From: Phycisphaera mikurensis
GTDB lineage: Bacteria; Planctomycetota; Phycisphaerae; UBA1845
Reading direction: 5' to 3'
Assembly: GCA_005240095.1 (NCBI GenBank)
Contig: SBAX01000414.1
Coordinates: 1-44,489 of the forward strand
DNA: 44,489 nucleotides
Part shown: positions 8,453 to 16,553 of the stretch, in pieces
How positions within the stretch are numbered: the first letter of the stretch is position 1
Layout: every line of letters starts with the position of its first letter
Translations under genes and position numbers: made by a program
The notes under the pieces: generated by a model
Told to the model about the DNA's origin: nothing
Database searches by the model: none
Seen by the model: only the letters and a program-made list of their open reading frames with translations

Positions 8453-11400
8453 CTAGGCGACTTGGGCTTCGCCGAGCTGCACGCTCACCCGAGTGGATAC
8501 GCCCGGCTCCTGCATGGTGATGCCGTAGAGGCGGTCGCCGATGCTCATGGTCCGTTTGGAGTGGGTGATGATGATGAACTGCGATTCGCTGACGAACTCC
8601 TTGACGATGCGGTTGAAGCGTTCGTTGTTGGCTTCGTCCAGGGCGGCATCGACCTCGTCGAGAATCGCGAACGGCGCCGGACGCGTCTTGAAGATGCTCA
8701 TGAGCAGGGCGATGGCGGTCATGGATTTCTCGCCGCCGGACATCAGGGAGATGGCCTGCAACTCCTTGCCGGGGGGCTGAGCGACGATCTCGATGCCGCA
8801 ATCGAGGATGTTTTCGAGATCTTCGAGGATGATATCCGCCCGCCCGCCGCCGAAGAGCTTGCGGAAGAGAGCGCGGAAGTTCTCGCGAATCTGCTCGAAG
8901 GCCGTGCGGAAGCGCTCCTTGGATTCGTCGTTGAGCCGGGCGATGAGTTGCTCGAGCTGGCGCTGCGATTCGGTGAGGTCGTTGCGCTGGCTGGTGAGGA
9001 AATTGTGCCGCTGCTCGAGCTCTTCCAGTTCGGTGATGGCATCGAGATTGACGTTGCCGAGGCGCTCCATCTTTCCGCGGAGCTCGGCGATCTCCGCCTC
9101 CACCTGCTCCCAGTTCTGTTCCTGATGCTCATACTCCGCGTAGCGCTCGGCGAGGTTCACGCCGAGTTCGTCGGCGATGCGGGCGGTGAGCTCATCGCGG
9201 CGGACGTTGGTCTGGGCGAGGGACATCTGATGCTCGTGCAATTGAGCCTCGACGGTGGAAAGCTGGGATCGGGCCGTCTTGACCTGATGCCCGACGGATT
9301 CGAGATTGACGCGCAGCTTGTCGCGCTGCTCGCGAAGCTGTCGAGAAGAGTCCTCCAGCACGGCCAGCTCCTCGGTGAGCTTTGCTGATTGCTCGCGGGC
9401 GGCGGTGATGGTGTTCTGGGCATCGGCGATTCGGGCTTCGCATTGCTCTACATCGTGCTTTGCCGCGACGACTGAGCTTTCCAGCTCGTGGATGGTCCTG
9501 CGGAGAGCGTTGATGGTCTCGGCCGCGGCGGCGCGCTTCTCGGTGAGCTGACCCAGCGAAATCTTCGCCTGGGTGACCTGCTCCTGGAGTTCACGGCGGG
9601 CGGCAACGACTGAGTCGATCCGCTGCTGGTGCTGGGCAACTCGGTGCTCGCGCTCCTTGTTTTCTTTCTCCAGAGCCTCCAGGGAGCGCCCTCCCTCGGC
9701 GCTTTTTTCCAGCACTTCGTTGATCTGCTGCTCGATGAAGGCGACCTCCTGGGCGATCAGAGGCTGCTCGTGGGTGAGGCGCTGGACGGTCTCGACGAGG
9801 TTCTGCAGGGCGGCGTTGGCCTCCACCCGGGCGGTGCTGGACTCGTAGATGGCGGCGCGAAGCTCCTGCTGAAGCGCTTCCAGGTGCCCTGCCTCGGCTT
9901 GGGTGCGGTTGAGCTGGTCGGCCAAGGTCACGATGCGCTCGTCAATCTCGAGGAGCTGGGCGTCGATGTCGCGGAGCTCGCTCTTTCGGGAGATCAGCCC
10001 CGCGGTTGAACCCGGCGGACCCAGGCGGATGCGGCCGTCGGCTTCGAGCACCTCCCCGCGGAGAGTGACGAAGCGATGGCCGGACACGTCCATCTTCGCC
10101 ATCACTCGGGCATGGGTGAGGGTCTGCACAATCACGGTCTTGCCGAGCAGGTGCCGGGCGATGGGAAGATGTTCTTCAGCGACGCGCACCACATTGATTG
10201 CGGCGGCGACGAACCCATCCTGTCCCGAGAAATCGCGGGGGTTGACCACCGGCGGCAGGCGATCTTCGCAGAGCACCGTCAGGCGGCCCGGCAGGTCTGC
10301 GAAAACGTCCGGTGAGGCAAGGAACGATTCGCTATCTCGAACCACGAGGCACTGGTCGGATTCACCCAACGCCGCTTCGATGATCTTCGCAAAGCGCACG
10401 TCGGTATCGATGAGGTCCGCGACGAGGCCCACGACGCCGGCCAGGGCCTCGGGTCGATCGCCGCGCTCTTTGTCGTCGAGGATTTTTCGCACGCCGGCGC
10501 CGACGCCGTCCATCTTCCGCTGCAGGTCGTGCAGCAGCTCCCGCCGCGAGACCATGGCGCTGCGCCGCTCCTTGGAGTGGGCCAGCTCGTCCACTAGGCG
10601 CTGGCGCATCTCGCTGACGCGGGCGGCCTCGAGCTTCTTCTCCTCGAGCTTGCGGGTTTCCTGGCTGATCAGGGACTCGACCTCGCGGACGCGGTGTTCC
10701 AGTTCGGCCTTCTGCCGCAGGGCGGTTTCCAGCTCCGAGTGAACCTGCACGTCACGCAGCGAGAGGCGCCCCTTCTGTCCCACGAGCGATTCGCGGTGGG
10801 TGTTGAGGCGGATGATCTCGTTGTGCGTCTGGGCGCTTTTTCGCAGAAGGTCGATGATGCCGGCTTTCTCGTCCTCCAGGACCGCCTGCGCTTCGGTCAG
10901 GTCGCGGGCGGCGGCGCGATCCTTCTCGTTCAATTCGGCGATGCGGTGGTGCAGGTCGTGGGTCTCGTGCTGCAGGGCGACGGCGCTCTCCTGCACGTGG
11001 GCGAGTTCGCTGCGGGCGTCTTCGTGCCGGCGCGAGTCTCCCTCCAGGCGCTCCTGAGCGCGCTCCTTTTGCGTCCGCTGCTCATCCACTCGCCGCTGCG
11101 AGGATTCGATGCGTTCTTCCTGGGCGGCAAGGCTCGACTTGGTGCGAACCAGGTCGTTATCGACGTGGTTGATCTCCTCGCCGAGGCGGTCGATTTCAAT
11201 GGTCAGCTGACTTTCGGAAGCCTCGTGGCGGTCGATCTCGGTGCGCAGTTCGGTGATGCGATCGCCGCATTGCTGGGCCTCCCGCGTGAATTGGGCGATC
11301 TGCTCGGTGAAGCGGTGATACTCGGCCATGGCGTAGCTGGAGCGCAGCTCGCTGAGCCGGGCCTGGTATTCCTTGTAGCTGCGGGCCTTGCCGGCCTGGA

Positions 11401-12019
11401 GTTTGACGCTGCGGAGGCGCTTCTCCAGCTCCTCGATGACGTCGGCCACGCGGAGCAGGTTCTGGGCGGTGCGCTCCAGACGCCGCTCGGCTTCCCGCTT
11501 GCGGGCCTTGTATTTGCTGATCCCCGCGGCTTCTTCGAAGATGATCCGGCGATCCTGGGGGCTGCTTTGCAGAAGCTGATCCACCCGCCCCTGCTCGATC
11601 ACGGAGTAGGCATCGACGCCCACGCCCGTGTCCATGAACAATTCGCGGATGTCCTTGAGGCGGGCGACGTCATTGTTGAGCAGGTATTCGCTCTCGCCGG
11701 AGCGATAGAGCTTCCGCGAGACGGTGATTTCCGGCTGCTCAACGGGCAGGCTGTGGTCGGTGTTTTCGAAGACCAGATCGACCTGAGCGACGCTGCTGCT
11801 CTTTCTGGTGCTGGAGCCGTTGAAGATCATGTCGGCCATCTGCCGGCCGCGGAGGGAACGGGCGGACTGTTCGCCGAGAACCCACTTGAAGGCATCGACG
11901 ACGTTGCTCTTGCCGCAGCCGTTGGGGCCGACGATGCAGGTGACCCCCGGCCCGAAGTCGAAGTCCACGGGATCGGCGAAGCTCTTGAATCCGCTGACGG
12001 TTACGCGTTTCAGGTACAT
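8453..12019 (-). CDS. smc: Chromosome segregation protein SMC
   Basis: GFKSF, Walker A GPNGCGKSN, coiled coils, hinge, MSGGEKS signature, ILDEVDAALD Walker B/D-loop; 1188 aa. Confidence 0.98.
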   Translation of the reverse strand: MYLKRVTVSGFKSFADPVDFDFGPGVTCIVGPNGCGKSNVVDAFKWVLGEQSARSLRGRQMADMIFNGSSTRKSSSVAQVDLVFENTDHSLPVEQPEITVSRKLYRSGESEYLLNNDVARLKDIRELFMDTGVGVDAYSVIEQGRVDQLLQSSPQDRRIIFEEAAGISKYKARKREAERRLERTAQNLLRVADVIEELEKRLRSVKLQAGKARSYKEYQARLSELRSSYAMAEYHRFTEQIAQFTREAQQCGDRITELRTEIDRHEASESQLTIEIDRLGEEINHVDNDLVRTKSSLAAQEERIESSQRRVDEQRTQKERAQERLEGDSRRHEDARSELAHVQESAVALQHETHDLHHRIAELNEKDRAAARDLTEAQAVLEDEKAGIIDLLRKSAQTHNEIIRLNTHRESLVGQKGRLSLRDVQVHSELETALRQKAELEHRVREVESLISQETRKLEEKKLEAARVSEMRQRLVDELAHSKERRSAMVSRRELLHDLQRKMDGVGAGVRKILDDKERGDRPEALAGVVGLVADLIDTDVRFAKIIEAALGESDQCLVVRDSESFLASPDVFADLPGRLTVLCEDRLPPVVNPRDFSGQDGFVAAAINVVRVAEEHLPIARHLLGKTVIVQTLTHARVMAKMDVSGHRFVTLRGEVLEADGRIRLGPPGSTAGLISRKSELRDIDAQLLEIDERIVTLADQLNRTQAEAGHLEALQQELRAAIYESSTARVEANAALQNLVETVQRLTHEQPLIAQEVAFIEQQINEVLEKSAEGGRSLEALEKENKEREHRVAQHQQRIDSVVAARRELQEQVTQAKISLGQLTEKRAAAAETINALRRTIHELESSVVAAKHDVEQCEARIADAQNTITAAREQSAKLTEELAVLEDSSRQLREQRDKLRVNLESVGHQVKTARSQLSTVEAQLHEHQMSLAQTNVRRDELTARIADELGVNLAERYAEYEHQEQNWEQVEAEIAELRGKMERLGNVNLDAITELEELEQRHNFLTSQRNDLTESQRQLEQLIARLNDESKERFRTAFEQIRENFRALFRKLFGGGRADIILEDLENILDCGIEIVAQPPGKELQAISLMSGGEKSMTAIALLMSIFKTRPAPFAILDEVDAALDEANNERFNRIVKEFVSESQFIIITHSKRTMSIGDRLYGITMQEPGVSTRVSVQLGEAQVA

Positions 12020-12190
12020 GGATTTGGCAACCTCCCTGTGCCCCGTGGACCGCCCTCCGTGGCGGCGACATCAGAGACTTTGGCCTCGCTTCCCGCGGGC
12101 TGCCCGAGTTTCGACGACATTAGCAGATCGGCCGCTCCGGGGCAAACCCCGCAGAGAAACAGACCGGCGACGCCCCCGGGGCAAGCCGCT

Positions 12191-14131
12191 ATGATCCGCA
12201 TCATGCCCGTGCGCCGCCCGAACGCGCCCAAATCGTCCAAGAAGGGCCGTCCTGCGCGTTCGAGGCCGCGGAGCAAGAGCGCTTCCCGCGCGGCGGCGCC
12301 GGACTACAAGAGCCTCTACGAGGCTGCGGCGGACGGCGTTCTGGTGTTTGACGCCGAGGGGCGCTACCTCCACGCCAATCCGGCCACCAGCCGTCTGACG
12401 GGGTATTCCCTCAAGGAACTCCAGCAGATGCGGATCGGGGACCTGACCCTGCCCATCCAGCGGGGCATTGCCCACGCCGCCTTCGGCGAGCTGGTGCGCC
12501 AGGACGGGCCGCTGAAGGTGGACCGCGTCGTGCGGCGGAAGGATGGCGCGCTGATCCGCGTGGAGGTCAACGCCGCTGCCACGGGCAACGGTACGTATGT
12601 GGCAGTCCTGCGTGACGTGAGCAACCGGACGGGCCCCGAGGCTCAGTTGACGGCGGCCTTGGAAGCCTACAGCACGCTCGTCGATCTCTGTAACGCGGCG
12701 GTCATCTCGGCAGGGAGGGACGCTCGAGTGCGGTCCTGGAACCCCGGGGCCCAGCAGCTATTCGGCTACACCGCTGCCGAGGCCATTGGAATGCCCATCA
12801 ACGAACTGATGCACCCCTCGTTTCGCGAACAGCACGCCAAGGCGTTCGCTCGCCACTTGCAGAATGGGGCTCCGGCACCGTTCCACCGGATTCTTTATGG
12901 CGACGCGGTTCGCAGGGACGGGCGCACGGTGCCGGTGGAGGTTTCGCTCGGCGTGGGCCGCCCGGGGTCCGATCCGTTCGTGACCGCGGTCATCCGGGAC
13001 ACGTCCGAACACCATGCGGTCGTGGAGAGGCTCAACGACACGCTTCAGCAACTCTGCTTCCACGTGGAGCGCATGCCCCTGGCCTATGTTGTGTGGGATA
13101 CGGACTTTCGGATCGTGGAATGGAATCCTGCGGCGGAGCGCGTCTTCGGATACTCCCGGGAGGAGGTCCTGGGGCGACATCCCTTCGACCTCATCGTGCC
13201 CGAGGACGCGAGAACGGCGGTGCGGCAGGTGTGGGACGAGCTACTGTCCGGTGAAACGTCCAGTCACTCCATCAATCCCAACGTCCGCAAGGACGGAGCG
13301 CGGCTGATCTGCGAGTGGTTCAACACGCCGCTTCGCGATTCCTCCGGGCACGTCCGCGGCGTGGCCTCCATGGCCCGGGACATGACCGAACACGAGGCCA
13401 TGGAGTCGCGCATCCGTGACGCCCAGAAGCTTGAGAGCCTCGGCGTATTGGCAGGGGGCGTGGCGCACGATTTTAACAGTGCCCTGATGGTCATCATGGG
13501 CAACGCCGCGCTCTTGCGATCCAGCAAGGGGCTCCCGCCCCGCGCCCTGGCCCACATTGAGCTCATTGAGGATGCCGGCAGCCGCGCCAGCCTGCTCATC
13601 AAGCACCTGCTGGCCTACGCCCGGACCGGTCGGCACAACCCCCAGCCGACCGACTTGAATGCCATCGTGCAGAGTTCGCTGGCCTTTGTGCAGTCTTCGC
13701 TGGGAAAGAACTATCCGGTGGATTTGCAGCTTGCCGGGGAGCTGGACCTCATTCGCGCCGACCGCGGTCAGGTTGAGCAGGTGCTGCTGAACCTGTGCCT
13801 CAACGCCATGCAGGCCATGCCCAAAGGAGGAACCATCACTATCGCGACGAGGAAGGCCGTGCTGTCCGGGGCCGAGGCGGCGCGGTGCGTGCCTTATGAC
13901 GCTCGTCCCGGGCGCTATGCGGAGCTGATCGTGGCGGATACGGGCGGGGGCATGGATGAAACGACGCAGGCCAAGATCTTCGATCCCTTCTTCACTACCA
14001 AGCCGGAGGGGCACGGCCTGGGCCTGGCGGCCGTTCTGGGAATCCTACGCCAGCATCACGGCGCCGCCCGAGTCGAATCCCAGGTCGGCAAGGGAACCAG
14101 GATGCACATCTATTTTCCGGTGCAGAGCTAA
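12191..14131 (+). CDS. Cytoplasmic multi-PAS sensor histidine kinase
   Basis: Three PAS/PAC domains; H-box LAGGVAHDFN, N-box NLCLNA, G1 DTGGGM, DPFFTTK, G2 GHGLGL. Start is 12191 or 12203; the track's 10694 start is antisense to smc. Confidence 0.92.
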   Translation: MIRIMPVRRPNAPKSSKKGRPARSRPRSKSASRAAAPDYKSLYEAAADGVLVFDAEGRYLHANPATSRLTGYSLKELQQMRIGDLTLPIQRGIAHAAFGELVRQDGPLKVDRVVRRKDGALIRVEVNAAATGNGTYVAVLRDVSNRTGPEAQLTAALEAYSTLVDLCNAAVISAGRDARVRSWNPGAQQLFGYTAAEAIGMPINELMHPSFREQHAKAFARHLQNGAPAPFHRILYGDAVRRDGRTVPVEVSLGVGRPGSDPFVTAVIRDTSEHHAVVERLNDTLQQLCFHVERMPLAYVVWDTDFRIVEWNPAAERVFGYSREEVLGRHPFDLIVPEDARTAVRQVWDELLSGETSSHSINPNVRKDGARLICEWFNTPLRDSSGHVRGVASMARDMTEHEAMESRIRDAQKLESLGVLAGGVAHDFNSALMVIMGNAALLRSSKGLPPRALAHIELIEDAGSRASLLIKHLLAYARTGRHNPQPTDLNAIVQSSLAFVQSSLGKNYPVDLQLAGELDLIRADRGQVEQVLLNLCLNAMQAMPKGGTITIATRKAVLSGAEAARCVPYDARPGRYAELIVADTGGGMDETTQAKIFDPFFTTKPEGHGLGLAAVLGILRQHHGAARVESQVGKGTRMHIYFPVQS

Positions 14132-14203
14132 GCATGGGTGAATCGCGAGCGGAGCGCCTCTCGTGTGTGTCCATGTCGAATGTCCAGTCTCTCGCGGTCA
14201 CGA

Positions 14204-14295
14204 GTGCGACCCTTTCAGGTCGGGATGGCGCGCGGGAGGTCCGGGGGCGGCGCTGCGCTTGCCCCCGGCTACTTTAGCGCAGGCTTTCAGCCTGC
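14204..14295 (+). repeat. Composite REP-like element family C, copy 2
   Basis: Matches 6005-6103 in all three hairpins. Confidence 0.85.
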
Positions 14296-14355
14296 TCGTC
14301 CTCTTCATGAGCCACCTGCTTACCTAAGGAGGCAGAGGTGCTACTGACTCGCCGC

Positions 14356-14895
14356 TCACATTCCCTCTTCGAGGTCTACGCCGAGGCCGTCGGCGACGCG
14401 GTTGATGTAATTGAAATAGGCGATCACCTGCGTGGCGTCGTGAATGGCCCTGTCATTGAGCCCCACGGCGCGGAGGCGCTCCACGTCCGCCCGACTCATA
14501 GACTGCGGCGCCCGGGTGAGCTTGATGGCATGATCGCACAGTGCCCGATCGACCTCGCTCAGCGCCGCCTTGGTGTAATCCGTCTTGATGGCTTGGACCA
14601 GTCGATCGTCGTGGACCTCCGACCGGAGGTCGTAGGAATGAGCTTCCGTTCAGTAGTGACAGTGGTTGGCCCGCGAGACTACGACGGCCAGCATCTCCCG
14701 CTGGGCTCTGGTCTGCGGCGACTCGCCGCGCACCGTGGCGACATAGAGATCGAGCATCTCCTGCAAGGCGGCCGGGTTCTGGCTTTGAATCTTGAGGATG
14801 TTGTAGACCCGGCCGGCGCGTTTGCGGGCGGCTTCGTAGATCTCCGCCAGACGCCCGGTGGCCTCGTTTTCTGCGAACGTTCGAATCCATGCCAT
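14356..14895 (-). CDS. AhpD/carboxymuconolactone decarboxylase-like peroxidase-related enzyme, probable selenoprotein (CxxU), 179 aa
   Basis: MAWIRTF...QREMLAVVVSRANHCHY-TGA(14650-14652)-TEAHSYDLRSEVHDD...LCDHAIKLTRAP..DVERLRAVGLNDRAIHDATQVIAYFNYINRVADGLGVDLEEGM*. The downstream half is a typical AhpD-like C-terminus in the same frame. Confidence 0.9.
14614..14631 (-). promoter_or_regulatory. Candidate bacterial SECIS hairpin
   Basis: GACCUCC-GGUC-GGAGGUC, a 7-bp stem with a G-led loop, starting 18 nt after the UGA. Confidence 0.65.
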
Positions 14896-14934
14896 GGCGC
14901 AAGCCTATGCCCAGCGCCGTCGGGGTTCAAGAAG

Positions 14935-15037
14935 CCCTCACCCCTGCCCCTCTCCCGAGGTGAGAGGGGAACGGCTCGGCGGTGGGCCTAAGGCGGATCG
15001 CCCTCCCAGTACGGCTCGGCGGGAGCCTCGCCCTCCC
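14935..15037 (+). repeat. REP cluster: family B (14935-14969) + variant A (14972-15007) + family A (15012-15037)
   Basis: Same B-then-A arrangement as 778-843. Confidence 0.85.
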
Positions 15038-15040
15038 CGT

Positions 15041-16417
15041 TCAGGGGATGCCGTATTCGCGGAGTTTGCGGTAGAGCGTGCGGGCGCCGATGCCTAAGGC
15101 CTTGGCAGTTTTTTCGCGATTGCCGCCGAACATGCGCAGGGTGTTCATGATATGCAGCCGTTCCACGTCGGCCATGGTCATGCCTGCGAGGTTGGGCGGA
15201 CCCATGCGGACAATGTCGGTGGATGCGCGCAAGTGTTCGGGGAGGTCATCGACTTCGAGGATCGGGCCTTCAGCTTCCAGGCACATGCGCATGATGACGT
15301 TGCGGAGCTCGCGGACGTTGCCGGGCCAGTTGTAGTTCATCAGCTTGCGCATGACTTCCGAGGAGACGCCAGTGAACTCCGAGCCGTGCTCGGCGTTGGC
15401 CTGGGCGATGAAGCGATGGGTGAGCACGGGGATGTCCTCGCGTCGCTGGCGGAGGGGAGGCAGGCGGATCGCCGCGTGGGCATGCAGGCGATAGAAGAGG
15501 TCCTCACGGAAGAGGCCCTGGCGGACCAGTTCGCCAAGGTCGTGGTTGGTGGCGGCCACGAAACGCACGTCGAAGTACTCCGTGTCGTTGGTTCCCACGC
15601 GCATGACTTCGCCGGTTTCCAGGGTGCGGAGGAGCTTGGCTTGCATGGGCAGGGGCATGTCGCCGATTTCGTCGAGGAAGAGCGTGCCGCGGTCGGCGGC
15701 GGCCACCAGACCTTTGCGGTCGGCGATGGCCCCGGTGAAGGCGCCTTTGACGTGGCCGAAAAGCTCACTCTCCAGCAGCGTTTCGCTGACTGCGGCACAG
15801 TTGAGGAGCTTGAAGGGCTTGCCCGCGCGGGGGGAATTCTGGTGGATGGCCTGGGCGAAAAGTTCCTTCCCGGTGCCGGTCTCGCCGACGATGAGCACGG
15901 TGCTCTTGCTGCGGGCGATTTTCTTGATGCGCTTGATCTCCCGATGGATGGCATCGGAAGTCCCGATGATGCCGGAGAATTCGAAGGCTTTGTCGGCCTG
16001 CTCGCGGAGGAGCCGGGCGTCGCGGGCGGCGAGGGCCTGCTTGGCGGCGCGCCCCACCTTGTCGCGAAGCACGTCGATGTCGATGGGCTTGATGAGATAG
16101 TCGTAGGCGCGGTGCTGGTTGTCGCGGCTGAGGGCCTCGCGGGCGAGTTCTTCGCTGCCGTAGGCGGTGATGAGGATGACTTCGCTATCCGGGTTCTTCG
16201 TCTTGGCCTCGCGGAGGACATCCATGCCGTTGACGCTGCCGCCGAGCTTGTAGTCGGTGATGACCACGTCGGGCGGACGGTGGCGAACGCTCTCGATGGC
16301 CTGCTGGCCGTTTTCGACGACGTTGCAGGCGTATTTGGAGCGGGAGAGGGCCTCGGCGATGGCCTCGCCGTGGGCCCGCTCATCTTCGACGATCAGTACA
16401 AAGGCCGTGTCTGCCAT
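15041..16417 (-). CDS. sigma54-dependent response regulator (NtrC/AtoC family)
   Basis: REC (VLIVEDE..VITDYKL..KP), AAA+ GETGTGKE, ESELFGHVKGAFTGA, WPGNVREL, Fis HTH (GNREKTAKALGIGARTLYRKL); ATG 16417. Confidence 0.95.
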   Translation of the reverse strand: MADTAFVLIVEDERAHGEAIAEALSRSKYACNVVENGQQAIESVRHRPPDVVITDYKLGGSVNGMDVLREAKTKNPDSEVILITAYGSEELAREALSRDNQHRAYDYLIKPIDIDVLRDKVGRAAKQALAARDARLLREQADKAFEFSGIIGTSDAIHREIKRIKKIARSKSTVLIVGETGTGKELFAQAIHQNSPRAGKPFKLLNCAAVSETLLESELFGHVKGAFTGAIADRKGLVAAADRGTLFLDEIGDMPLPMQAKLLRTLETGEVMRVGTNDTEYFDVRFVAATNHDLGELVRQGLFREDLFYRLHAHAAIRLPPLRQRREDIPVLTHRFIAQANAEHGSEFTGVSSEVMRKLMNYNWPGNVRELRNVIMRMCLEAEGPILEVDDLPEHLRASTDIVRMGPPNLAGMTMADVERLHIMNTLRMFGGNREKTAKALGIGARTLYRKLREYGIP

Positions 16418-16553
16418 AACGTAGGCGTCAAAAACCGCCGCTTCCGCTGAATGTCGGCTCCAGTCTCGTTGTACCGGACCCGGCAAGACCAGTATACTGG
16501 AGCCCCAGTTCGGGCGTCCAAACATCTCCCCCGTGACGGCGAGGAGAATACCC

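Noticed and set aside
10694-12190. N-terminal ~500 aa of the 1145-aa kinase ORF
   Set aside because: Antisense shadow of smc; the real kinase starts near 12191-12203
12139-12190. GGCAAACC...GAAA...GACGC resemblance to a c-di-GMP-I riboswitch
   Set aside because: The GAAA-capped stem cannot pair and the GCAAA following GAC is missing
3724-14895. Genome-wide UGA reassignment (code 4/25) as the explanation for the internal TGAs
   Set aside because: Many genes here end cleanly at TGA (1130, 3626, 14356, 26679, 28505), Trp is encoded by TGG, and both internal TGAs fall at Cys motif positions
14338-14991. 217-aa plus-strand ORF
   Set aside because: Antisense shadow of the AhpD-like selenoprotein gene, with its tail running into repeats
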